Positions 40,880 to 50,721 of a DNA stretch of 64,000 nucleotides are shown here, piece by piece. Position numbers and translations under genes: made by a program. Below the pieces are notes generated by a model that worked only from the letters and a program-made list of their open reading frames with translations, was not told where the DNA came from and made no database searches. Source of the DNA: Candidatus Poribacteria bacterium. Lineage in GTDB: Bacteria; Poribacteria; WGA-4E; WGA-3G. The number at the start of each line of letters is the position of its first letter. Within the stretch, counting starts at the first letter, position 1. The stretch is from the NCBI GenBank assembly GCA_963665235.2, contig CAXXLX010000001.1, forward strand, positions 1,760,001-1,824,000, given 5' to 3'.

Positions 40880-41000
40880 ATTTATGACAAATTAGACAAG
40901 GCATCTCATCGTCCTCATCATCATGGACATCGGTGAGGATCTCTTGGGTTTCGCAGCTTTCTTAAATGCCATCGCCTTTTCGGCGTTTGCTTTAATCTGA
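40880..41000 (-). repeat. Degenerate copy of the sspD 3' end (relic A)
   Basis: Aligns with 55251-55386; decodes to QIKANAEKA...TDVHDDEDDEMPCLICHK with a frameshifting deletion. Confidence 0.85.
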
Positions 41001-41067
41001 CCTAATATGTGTCCTTTTCCACAGTCCGTTTTTTGGAGTCTTAATCGTTACTACACCCTAAAATTTA

Positions 41068-41096
41068 ATTATACTACACTTGTGCAAAAAAGTCAA
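41068..41096 (-). promoter_or_regulatory. Sigma70 promoter for the GHKL/GIY-YIG unit
   Basis: TTGACT-N17-TATAAT on the minus strand. Confidence 0.7.
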
Positions 41097-41111
41097 AAAA
41101 TATTTTTACAA

Positions 41112-42123
41112 GGGTGTGTAAAGTTTTTGTACTTATGTTACATCTTTTTTTTCAGAATCGCGGATTAGCGCAGAGGACACGGATTGCACGGATTATCTCT
41201 CTTGTCAGAATCGCGGATTAGCGCAGAGGACGCGGAGAACGCGGATTTTAAGATGCGTAACAAGCCAAGTTTAGTGATTATAAGCTGACTATCGTCTAAG
41301 TCCGAGGGTTTGTAACCATGACTCCAAACGGTGTGGGACCGCCTACAGGGTGTGTAAAGTTTTTGTACAATGTTATGCAGCTTTTGTGTACAGAGCGATG
41401 TTCGTAGCAGCACACTTCATTGCCCATCAGAGACCCGTTCGTAGTAGGGCAATTTATTGCCCGTTCTTCCGTTCAGTATTCGGGCAAACAGCCCGTTCTT
41501 CGTAGGGAAACCATTTATTGCCCGTTCAAAACTTTACAAATACAATAGAACGCCTTACCGTTACTATAGTTTGGACAATATCTATGAACCTGATGCCCCA
41601 TTCGCAAAGCATTTCACATTTTCCTCACTGTTGCACACACATACAAAGCGGAGAAAATAGGCTCCAATGTGCCAAAGCGCAGCCCCAGCGGGACGATATG
41701 TTTATAGAAACACACAACGCCAACGCCATCAGCCCCGTAGGGGCGATATGTTTATAGAAACACACAACGCCTCACCTCTTAACCCCAGCGGGGCGATATG
41801 GTTATTGGGAAGACAATGCTGTCCGCCACAAGTCAAAAAAACACATACCCTTAATCACAAAACCTTGAGGCATACATATCTTAAAATCCGCGTTAATCCG
41901 CGATAATCCGCGATTTGCGGCGTATTCGCCCAAATGCGACGTGTATTCAGACAACACCGCGAATCCAAACTCACAAAATTGTCCAAAGTTTAGTAATAGT
42001 ATCACACATCAGGACTTACGCAAATTTAGCAGGACCATCGTAGGGGCGAGGTCACCTCGCCCGCTAGGTCTCACTTTAAATCCCATTATCTATGGACTTT
42101 ATCAACGCGCTGCGTAAGTCCTG
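41112..42123. repeat. Mosaic of REP-like palindromes, orphan MITE ends and short tandem repeats
   Basis: GGGTGTGTAAAGTTTTTGTAC at 41112 and 41348; 2x CAGAATCGCGGATTAGCGCAGAGGAC; 3x CCCCxxxGGGxCGATATG; AGGACTTACGCA element at 42010-42123. Confidence 0.75.
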
Positions 42124-42131
42124 CTCATAAG

Positions 42132-42164
42132 AAAATGGGAAGGCGCGTTACCTTCCCATTTTTT
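42132..42164. terminator. Intrinsic (probably bidirectional) terminator
   Basis: AAAATGGGAAGG-CGCGTTA-CCTTCCCATTTTTT just downstream of the OLD-family gene stop. Confidence 0.75.
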
Positions 42165-43410
42165 GATGTTCACTGTTTCCGAGGCTAAATATCCAGCAAG
42201 TCATTCAGGGAATCAAAGACTTTTTGGAAGCACTCAAGTTCTGGGTCGGTCAGATGGGTTTTAAGTGCATCAACGTTCGCACTGAAGTAGCGAGCGGGCC
42301 GGTAATGGTTGAACTTTGCTCCGTTTGGAAGTGGGTTATTCTTAAAGTAATCTTCAAGGCGACAAACAATACGCGGGGAACCCTGTTGTAGATTGTTCAC
42401 GCCCAAAGATGTCTCAAATTCCTCATTTACTAACCTCAGATAAAAATCAGGAGCAAACATATCCTCGATATCGGCTTCAGTGTTTCCTACAAAGTCAGCA
42501 TAAGTGAGGACCTGATTCTTCTTAAGTAATTTCTTCTTGTAAAGGCCTTCAATGCTTTGCCGATCTTTCTTCTGATAGTCAATGAGAGTCGCAATATTCA
42601 AATTCGTATTGGCCCCGATCAGGGCAACGAAGGTTGGGACTTTATCAGATCCTCCAACAGGCGTGATGGTCCAATCGTTACTGAGACCAGCTTTACCCTG
42701 TTGTTGGAGAAGGGCGGACATGATTTGGATATAAAGTAGATCTGATACCCCTTCTACAACAAGATTGTTCGGGCCAATAAAAAGCGTCTGATAAATTTCG
42801 TAACCGAGAGCACCTTGAAGTGGAAAAAGACTGTCCGGTATAGCTTCAAGCACTTCGGTGATAACTTTAGTCCCCTGCTGCTCATCCGAGAGGTTATCAG
42901 AGTCTGACTCAATGCTCAAGTCTTGCACAATTCGCACACGATCGAAATGCTTGGGGTCAACCATAAAGGGCGAATGGGTTGTATAGATGAGTTGATGATG
43001 AGGCGCGAGTTCTTCTTCAAAGTAGCGCAGAAGATCGCCTTGAGCTTTTGCATGAAGCGAGAGGCCTGGCTCATCCAAAAGCAGTATGAGATTTTGATTT
43101 TCTGAACGAAGTTTTTGATACCAAGCGAGAAAAGAGAAAAACCAAACAAAGCCGCGCGATCGAGTTCCAAGTAGAGTGCTGACGTAGTGTTTGGTGTCTT
43201 CTACACGGCCCCAGATATTTGTTCCGCTAGTCATATTTTGTGGATCTTCAGAGTGTGCTGGGCGAATGTCAAACTTCATACGAAGATGTTTGTTCTGAGA
43301 CCAATAAGGGAGCACATTTTCTGTGAGGGAGTTTCCAGCAGCTTCAAGTCGCGCAATTAGTGATTCTGTCTCAGGTGTTTTAATGATCTGGTCAAGTTTT
43401 AAACCTGCTA

Positions 43411-44641
43411 GTGCTAAGTCATGCGGTAATTGACGGATAAAGTTTTTTGGGTTTTATACGTGCATCGTCAGTTGTAAACCGCCAACTTATATCGGCACGT
43501 TGTTCGTTTCTTCGGTCTTGCCACGCCCGGATCTCCTTCTTTAGGGTCTCTTGGTCAGCAATACGCTTTGAAAGACAACCTCGAGATAGCACGGAGAGTT
43601 CAATCTCCGCCATATTCAACCAACTGCCATGCTTCGGGGTATAGTGAAACTCAAGTTTTTTCGCAATACGCCGGGCTTCATCGGGTTGAAAAGCTTTATA
43701 CAGCGAAGCGGTTTTATGTGTGTTGAGATTGTCACAAACGAGTGTAATCTTTTCAGCCTCCGGAAAATGGACATCAACTAAGTCTCGGCAAATGATGGCA
43801 AAGTCAATGCTTGTGCGTCTGTCGGTTACCTCAACGTGCCGAAATCCGTCAAAGGGTGCGAAAATCATGAACAGATTACTCACACCATTTCGCTGGTATT
43901 CATAATCATATCGGAGCGGAGCCCCTTCAACCATTGGTAAAGGACTTCGGGTTTCTTTGATGTGTTGTTTACTTGTTTCATCAACACAAACTACAGGATT
44001 TTTGGTATCTTGTGGACGCTGATAGACTTCGAGAACATCCTCCATCGCCGCAACGAACGCCGCATCTGCTTCCGGGGGAATACACCATTGCTTTTTTAGC
44101 CAAGGTCTAAGTTCGTTTTTTTTAGGACCCGGCGGATGGTCTCGTGAGATATGCTATCAAAATGTTCCAACTCTACCATCTTTTCCGCTAACAGTCGAAG
44201 CGTCCATCTCGCACACCCCTCTGGAGGTTCCGAGCAAACTAAAGCGATTAGATGCGCTTCTTTTTCACCATCAAACTTTTTGCCTGGGGTGTCTGAACGC
44301 TTCTTCGGGTTGAGTGCCGCGGTGAGATTTTCAAGCACAAAGGCTTTACGGGTTCTCTCAATAGTCGGTATTGAGACTTCAACAGCCTCTTTTATTTTAT
44401 CATCGGTGTAGGCGGGTACGAACTCGCCTTCATCGGCTTTCAAGAGGATCCTGGCACGGGTAAGTTTGCGTGCCGATTCTTTCCCAGAAGATATCAGAGT
44501 AATGAGATAATCTCGTTGGGACTTATCAAGCTTGACTTGATATTGTTTTGCTGCCATAATAGACTCCAAGTTATGAATAATCTTTTGAGTCTCATTATAC
44601 CATTTTTATCAATAACTATCAAACAGCTGTTGACTAAACAC
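43411..44641 (-). mobile_element. IS630-family insertion sequence
   Basis: TA duplication at 43409-43410 and 44642-44643; imperfect ends GTGTTTAGTCA / GTGCTAAGTCA; split transposase. Confidence 0.92.
43419..44569 (-). CDS. IS630 transposase (HTH orfA plus DDE orfB, joined by a -1 frameshift)
   Basis: orfA 44096-44569 and orfB with VDET, DNLNTH and WLNMAEIE; A8 run in CTAAAAAAAACGAAC at about 44116-44123. Confidence 0.88.
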
Positions 44642-45305
44642 TAGATGAATTAGCCCAAGTAGGGGATGGTCTGATTCATTAAGCGTATTATTTGCCTCTC
44701 GTTTTATGAGGCCCTCAATGTTTTCATGCCCCTTCAGTTGGTAGTACTCGTCGAAATAGAGGAACTTAGGAACGCGGGCAGTGAGATATTTCAAACCGGA
44801 CTCAGAGTTTGTACTTAAGCCATAGTATGTATTTTCGTCAGCGTTTACACTTAAGTCCTTGTCTACGAATTCTCTATTACTTATATATGAACTATTATAG
44901 ATAAGTTTGTTTGAGTATCCTTTATGAAGGGTAATGTTTGATAGTTTATCTTCAGGATATTCGGGTCCACAAAGTTCTTTAAGAGTATCTATCTCCTCGG
45001 AATCAAGTGTGTATGTGGCTTGGACAACTTCTGCTGGAGGTTCACCATCATCAATAGTCCTCTCGTAAGTCCTCAAGGTGCGGCGCGGATAGTCGACTAT
45101 AGCGGTGAAGTCTCCATCTTCCTCGTTGATTGGATTCAAACGGTAGAGTGCCTTTAGTAGGGCAGTCTTGCCTGATTCATTTTTCCCTACCAAGCAGGTA
45201 ACATCATCAATACTAAATTCAGTTGAGTCTTGAATGCTCTGAAAATTCGTAATACGGACCTTAGTAAGTTTCATGTTTTACCTCCAACTAACTCTGTTTT
45301 GCGGA

Positions 45306-46196
45306 TTACAATTCCCGGTAATCCCCTTTAAACACTTCTTTGACGTGCCAACCTATGAATTCTAATTCCGGGTAATAGGACTGTCTTTGTGGAAAGTTGA
45401 TTTTTTGCCCGTGGAAATCCATAAGCCACTCCTTAAAACCCTTTGTGCCATGTGCATCATCCGATACAAGAATTTCTAGATGTTTGGACAATGTAAAGGC
45501 TCCAAGGTCAAATAGTTTATGATGTAAGATACAAAGGGCTAATCCATTCACTTCTTTGTTAGGCCCACCATGTGATTTCCATTTGATATGAGCGGCTTCT
45601 AAGGCAAGAGGCATGGTTCCCAATTTTACATCAAAACCACAGACAGCACATTTATATTCGTAGGCTCTGATAACATTTATTCGGAAGTTGGATGGCCATA
45701 TTCTTGTGTCAAAACCTTGAAGTGGAAATTCAATACCAACGGCTTGTAAAATATCTTCGTGCAGTGAGGCAGTGAAGTGAGTGTTTAATAGGATCCGGAC
45801 TATTTCAAATGTCAGTTCAGAGTCATTTTGAAGATGCTCGAAAACAGTTTCGTTGAAACCTCCAGAAACATTATAGTTCCTTAAATCGGTTATGTATGCG
45901 TCCCCACTGGATGTTTGGCGAATTCTATTGGCATCGGATACTTCCCAAATTCCATCATTTTGTAGCCGCCAAAACGGGAATTGAGGGTTATAACGATCTC
46001 GTCTAGGCCCAAACTCTCTCAGTAGATTTTCGAGATTTTCCTCTATATCATCAGTATAAGAAATAAGTCTATCTTCACCCCGTAACAATTTGCCAATGGC
46101 GTACAGGATCAACAACGGTTTATGTGGTGCTCTTTCGTCTCCGCTTATCGACTGTCGCAGCGTTTGAAATCTCTGAAGAATTTGGTCCCTGGTCAT
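45306..46196 (-). CDS. SBD-HNH phosphorothioate-dependent restriction endonuclease-like protein
   Basis: N-terminal RAPHKPLLIL...PFWRL (sulfur-binding-domain-like); C-terminal CAVC...AAHI...NGLALC..HH..FD. Confidence 0.8.
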   Translation of the reverse strand: MTRDQILQRFQTLRQSISGDERAPHKPLLILYAIGKLLRGEDRLISYTDDIEENLENLLREFGPRRDRYNPQFPFWRLQNDGIWEVSDANRIRQTSSGDAYITDLRNYNVSGGFNETVFEHLQNDSELTFEIVRILLNTHFTASLHEDILQAVGIEFPLQGFDTRIWPSNFRINVIRAYEYKCAVCGFDVKLGTMPLALEAAHIKWKSHGGPNKEVNGLALCILHHKLFDLGAFTLSKHLEILVSDDAHGTKGFKEWLMDFHGQKINFPQRQSYYPELEFIGWHVKEVFKGDYREL

Positions 46197-46212
46197 TGGT
46201 AATCCCTAAGTA

Positions 46213-46320
46213 TTATTTATGACAAATTAGGCATAGTTCCTCATCGCCCTCATCATTGTGGACATCGGAATTTTTATCAGGCGACGATTCGGTTTCGCCT
46301 TTTTCCGGATTTGCCTTAAC
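46213..46320 (-). repeat. Degenerate copy of the sspD 3' end (relic B)
   Basis: Decodes to KAKPNRRLIK...DVHNDEGDEELCLICHK-stop; aligns with 55251-55380. Confidence 0.85.
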
Positions 46321-46371
46321 CTAACCTAGCATGTGTCCTCTTCCGTAGGTTGATACTATACATCTTACGAA

Positions 46372-46400
46372 ATTATACCACATATATGCAAAAGAGTCAA
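46372..46400 (-). promoter_or_regulatory. Sigma70 promoter for the HNH/OLD unit
   Basis: TTGACT-N17-TATAAT; the region is homologous to 41005-41135. Confidence 0.7.
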
Positions 46401-46416
46401 AAAATATTTTTACAAA

Positions 46417-47155
46417 GGGTGTGTAAAGTTTTTGTACAAAACCGGTGTAAATGTTACACTTTTGACACAAAGTGTAACATTTACTTCTCAGTGCTGCAGT
46501 CGCACAAACTCACGCCACGTCTATGTTTTCAAGCGGTTTCGACCCGTCTTTTTCACAACACAAAAAAAATGAAGTGTGTCATTTCGACCACCGGTTTTCG
46601 TTTATCAGTTCTGCCTACTTTTCTTACCGATGTGTCTGCTATTTTTCTCTGCCGCTCCGGTGTAAATGTTACACTTTTGACACAAAGTGTAACATTCGCT
46701 TCTCGGTGCTGCAGTCGCACAAACTCACGCTACGTCTATGTTTTCAAGCGATTTACCCCTATCTTTTTCGCAACACAAAAAAAACAAAATGTGTCATTTC
46801 AACCGCAGATTTCAGGTATCAGTTCTGCCTACTTTTCTTATCGTTCTGCCTCCTATTTTTTGTGCTATTTGTGTGCAAATGTTACACTTTCGACACAAAA
46901 TGTAACATTTGGTTCTCGGTGCTGAATGTGCCCAAACGCCTGACCCATCTATGTTTGTCTGCCGTTTACACCCCCCCTTGGACGATTTTCAAAAAAAAGA
47001 AATGTGACACTTTCGCTATCGATGTCTGGTCAGGTGAGTTGCAAACCGTGCCGCTTTCCTCCGAAAAATGTTTTGGTTCTCTGTTATGTTAGTTGCAAAT
47101 GGTTTGATTTTTCTTCATAAAAAATATCGCAGACGTACAAAAACTTTACACACCC
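46417..47155. mobile_element. 739-bp MITE with perfect 21-bp terminal inverted repeats and internal ~215-bp tandem repeats
   Basis: GGGTGTGTAAAGTTTTTGTAC (46417-46437) and its inverse (47135-47155); TTTTACAAA on both flanks; AATGTTACA...TGTAACATT palindromes at 46450, 46665 and 46878. Confidence 0.82.
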
Positions 47156-47348
47156 ATTTTACAAATGATTTTTTTCTTCTGTTGAAAACAGAATTGAAAA
47201 TCTGAATAGCGGATTATTGCATAGTAGTTTGGTATCGGAATAGGTTTCTCTGCTGGGTTCTGTGCTTGTCTTTCTATGTGAAAAAGGTTGCCGCCGTTCG
47301 CGACGGCGGCGATTCTTCTGGGCCATATTCTGCAATTGGTTGCTTCGT

Positions 47349-48434
47349 TCAACTTAACGCTTGCTCCAGTTTTGCCCCAGTACTTTCAGGCGGCAGCCTA
47401 CGAATCATGTCATCTGCCATAGCTTTTCCGCCAACTTCCCCAGTCCTGCCTTTGTATTCTCCATCCTTACGCCAGTCTATTCCGGACACAGCTTCGACGA
47501 GCCGCTTAACGTTGTCCCAATTCATACCCATCTCCTCGCTATAACTACGCGAAAAAATGTGTGCCCCTGTATGCGCCCACGCTATGAAACCTGTTAACTC
47601 AAGCAGTTTATACTTGAAGGCATACCTTGGGCTGCCCTTTATTTCGGGATTATCGAGTTTCTCAATATCCGACCATTCCTCATAAAGCTGGTCAGCAATT
47701 ATCGTCCAAAACCGGGACATGAATTCAATCTTTTGACTAACATCTAAGTCTTGAACAGCCCCAATAGAAAACAAGCGTTTAACCTGCTTTTCTACACTAT
47801 TAAGATTGAAAAGATGCATGCGCTGCATGCTAGTACGGGTAATCCTTCCCTTAAATAGACTGTCGGATTCTTCGTTGAGCCCCCACCCAACTTGCACTTC
47901 ATCTGTATCTTCTAGATATGCAGTCAGTGCCTTAGGCACTCCCTTTTGGGAGTTATTGACGACGACAAACTCCTGCTTTTCCTGCTCAAGAGTGAGATCA
48001 GGCAAAAGGATGAAGGAGATGTCACGTACATCGTCTTCGGATTCATACAAATCCACAAAACCACCAAGACGATGCTGCCCATCAACAATAGCTGCCCGCG
48101 CTTGGATGATAAGCCGCCCCGAATCTTGTTCATGTCCGCCGGGTTCAAATTGCCAATTTCCGCGTCCAGAAAGAAGGACCGGCGGCACCACGCTGTTTGG
48201 GTTCTCCTTAAGGAACCGGGCGAAGGCTCTCATTCGCGATAGTGAGCCGGGCCGCTGGTAACCTTCTTCTACAACCTCATTAAGACATGTCTTGGAACTG
48301 GGTTCAATGACCGGAACAAAAGTCACGTTCTTAACCTTATCTGAAGGAATTGTCCCAAATAGGTACTTCTGGTCCCCTTGAGTCTTCTGGATGACTCCGT
48401 TAATTTCGCCAATTCCGTTAATCTCGTTGTTCAT
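47349..48434 (-). CDS. DGQHR (DndB/DpdB-like) domain protein
   Basis: GYQR, IVDGQHRL and F..VN..QK motifs. Confidence 0.88.
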   Translation of the reverse strand: MNNEINGIGEINGVIQKTQGDQKYLFGTIPSDKVKNVTFVPVIEPSSKTCLNEVVEEGYQRPGSLSRMRAFARFLKENPNSVVPPVLLSGRGNWQFEPGGHEQDSGRLIIQARAAIVDGQHRLGGFVDLYESEDDVRDISFILLPDLTLEQEKQEFVVVNNSQKGVPKALTAYLEDTDEVQVGWGLNEESDSLFKGRITRTSMQRMHLFNLNSVEKQVKRLFSIGAVQDLDVSQKIEFMSRFWTIIADQLYEEWSDIEKLDNPEIKGSPRYAFKYKLLELTGFIAWAHTGAHIFSRSYSEEMGMNWDNVKRLVEAVSGIDWRKDGEYKGRTGEVGGKAMADDMIRRLPPESTGAKLEQALS

Positions 48435-48437
48435 TAT

Positions 48438-49802
48438 TTAACTCCTTTCAACCCGAAGGTTTGGAATATACGATAGTACAACTACAAAAAAAGATTCGTC
48501 GTCTTGATACTCAAATAACCATTCATTCCTTTTACGTAAGTTTGCAGCGAATCCGCTATGGCGGAAATCCCAGCAGATTACGAGGTTTACTTGATTATGA
48601 GGATGGTTATGATCAAAAAAGCTCTCAAAATAATGCTCCACTTCGATTGCTACGAACATAGATTGAACGTCAACTTCTCTTATTTGGTATGACGCTATTG
48701 CATCTATTCCTGATCGGGCCGTGTATTCCCATAAGCAAAATTCATGAAAAGGAAGTGCATTAAGGGCTTCTAGTTTGGCTAACAAAACAAGCACCTCATT
48801 CTCATTTGAAGGTACGAGCATCACCGGTTTATCATTAAAGATAATTCTGTCTCCTTTCCGTGCTCGTTCCTGCCTTTGCTTCAGGCTATCCGCGGCTCTA
48901 CTTTGTCGTTCCCACTGAATTTTTTGCTCATAGTCCTTGAAACAATTTGATTCTGTAACTAAAATTAGAGCACTTCTAACAGAATCAATCAATTTGTTAA
49001 TAAGCTCACTTGTGCGATCTAGCTGCACTGCGGTCTGCCTTAAGTTTTCGCTGCTGACTTCCACAATCCAATGTGCACTTTCAGTATCACTTGTCAGCCA
49101 GTTCTTCTGTTCCGGGACAAGTGGGCCGGACCTGGTGTATATCTCATCATCTTTAAGCAATGGAGAAGTATAAAAATTAGCCTGCCCTATATGTTTCCCA
49201 TTTGTATCGGACAAATTTACCTGGGTAGTGAAACTGTCTGTGGCTCCCAATTTAATTTTGTATCGACTTTCCGGGTGGATCAATTGCTCATTCCCAAACA
49301 CCTGCCAACGAATGGAGTACTCTGATTCTGCAAAATCTGACGACCCGAACCAAGTGTTTTCCAAAAAGTAGGAATGAACAGCGGAATCTTTTTGGATTTC
49401 TGATGGTACAGAGTTGGACTGCCAAAATCCCTCTAATCTTAAGAGAAAATTTTCTTTCAAATCCGAATGCTGAAGTGTCATTAAATTTAAGGCTGGTGGA
49501 TTCTTGAGAAGCTCGGTAGTATTTCCAGTGAAATATTTTCCCATTTGACGCAAATAGAATGCATCAGCAAAAAAAATTTCTTCCAACGAACCATCAAGTA
49601 ATATCAGAGCATCCTCGTCAGAAACAGTGGTATCACAGTTGATTTTCACGGTTGTTCGGCCCAGACCATCAAAAGTGAATTTAAAGGTCCAGCAGCATGG
49701 CGGAAAGCGATTGACGAGTTCAGCTATCCGTAGTGGATTAGAATTATTATTGAGATGCTCAGAAATTTCAGACCAAGTTCGCTTTAGATTTAACTCAATC
49801 AT
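48438..49802 (-). CDS. Hypothetical protein with C-terminal PD-(D/E)xK-like nuclease domain
   Basis: PSNENEV...GIDAI...IEVE...F..HNH...VICW pattern. Confidence 0.6.
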   Translation of the reverse strand: MIELNLKRTWSEISEHLNNNSNPLRIAELVNRFPPCCWTFKFTFDGLGRTTVKINCDTTVSDEDALILLDGSLEEIFFADAFYLRQMGKYFTGNTTELLKNPPALNLMTLQHSDLKENFLLRLEGFWQSNSVPSEIQKDSAVHSYFLENTWFGSSDFAESEYSIRWQVFGNEQLIHPESRYKIKLGATDSFTTQVNLSDTNGKHIGQANFYTSPLLKDDEIYTRSGPLVPEQKNWLTSDTESAHWIVEVSSENLRQTAVQLDRTSELINKLIDSVRSALILVTESNCFKDYEQKIQWERQSRAADSLKQRQERARKGDRIIFNDKPVMLVPSNENEVLVLLAKLEALNALPFHEFCLWEYTARSGIDAIASYQIREVDVQSMFVAIEVEHYFESFFDHNHPHNQVNLVICWDFRHSGFAANLRKRNEWLFEYQDDESFFVVVLSYIPNLRVERS

Positions 49803-50086
49803 TCCAACTCCTCAATCTCGTATCTTGCCATCGAATTCCCGCTCTCTTTACGAATACGTAACTTAATTCCCTTAAAGAGGTCTGAGCTTTTCAGCAGTTC
49901 TTCGAGCGGTTCACTTAACGACTTCGCTGATATGTAAAATAGATACTCAACACTTGTTCTAATCTTCTGGACATGCAGAATAGGAACATACCCCTTAAAT
50001 GTTAAGACGACATTGGGTTCATATATGATTTCAAGTTCTATCTAGCCTATGCCGACTTTTAGTGAGCTCGGATTTTCATTTGACAT
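49799..50086 (-). pseudogene. 95-codon small gene with an in-frame TAG at codon 15
   Basis: GGAGGG RBS, ATG at 50086, TAG at 50042-50044, then open to a TGA overlapping the next ATG (ATGA). Confidence 0.65.
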
Positions 50087-50194
50087 AGCTATACCCTCCG
50101 ATTTTATAAACAGGCCTTGTACAAGAGGAGACTCACAGGATTGAACGCAACCGTTATTACAAACGACATCATCTCCTGCCTACACATCCCATTG

Positions 50195-50704
50195 TCATGC
50201 TCCACTGAGTACTGCAACAAGTCTGCTATCATCCGGGGGGTCCTTCACAGAATCCTCAGAGCACAATAGGTCATCAAGTGCATCAGAGAGATTCCATATT
50301 GGCGGTTGATTGCCCTCGCGTAGCATTTCCACAACGTAGGGAACCCCAGCTGCAGCCAGAGCGTTGGCAATATCCATCATCCGGCGCGGTTCTTGGACAA
50401 TCTCAAGGTTTCCATCAATAGCTATAGCAACAAGCATTATCGCCTGCGCTTGCCAACCATCTGTGTTGAAGATTGCACCGTTAATAATATCAACAGTTTC
50501 CTGCTTTTTTAAATCAACCGGTTCAAGATTCTTACGCGCAGCAAGTGAGAATCCCGTGAACCAGAGATCTACCTTCCGTGGAAAGGGACTTTGATTAGGA
50601 GTTGTACGTCCGCCTGCCTGACAGTAGCGGTCATAATCAGCACGCTGCGCACTAGGTGCGGTTAGTTGCATGTTGACGAAAGGATTGCTGTCTTGATGTG
50701 TCAT
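50195..50704 (-). CDS. Hypothetical protein (DndE-like position)
   Basis: AGGAGG RBS; directly follows the SMC-like ATPase. Confidence 0.65.
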   Translation of the reverse strand: MTHQDSNPFVNMQLTAPSAQRADYDRYCQAGGRTTPNQSPFPRKVDLWFTGFSLAARKNLEPVDLKKQETVDIINGAIFNTDGWQAQAIMLVAIAIDGNLEIVQEPRRMMDIANALAAAGVPYVVEMLREGNQPPIWNLSDALDDLLCSEDSVKDPPDDSRLVAVLSGA

Positions 50705-50721
50705 ATTGTCCTCCTAATAGC

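Larger units (their letters stand above)
42185..45274 (-). pseudogene. OLD-family ABC ATPase-TOPRIM nuclease interrupted by IS630
   Basis: N-part has GKNESGKT; C-part has LLLDEP, THSPF, VEGVSD and DIED. Removing 43411-44641 plus one TA restores an in-frame 618-codon gene (LIHL-AGLKLDQ). Confidence 0.88.

Noticed and set aside
41680-41800. Possible mini-CRISPR (three repeated units)
   Set aside because: The spacers are too short and similar; the units match REP-like elements at 24270-24345.
46440-46925. Possible CRISPR array (palindromic ~35-nt repeats)
   Set aside because: The period is about 215 bp, the intervening sequences are themselves homologous, and no cas genes are present.
46350-47092. 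Two ~190-aa plus-strand ORFs
   Set aside because: They lie in the T-rich tandem repeats of the MITE, with low-complexity F/C/S composition and no RBS.
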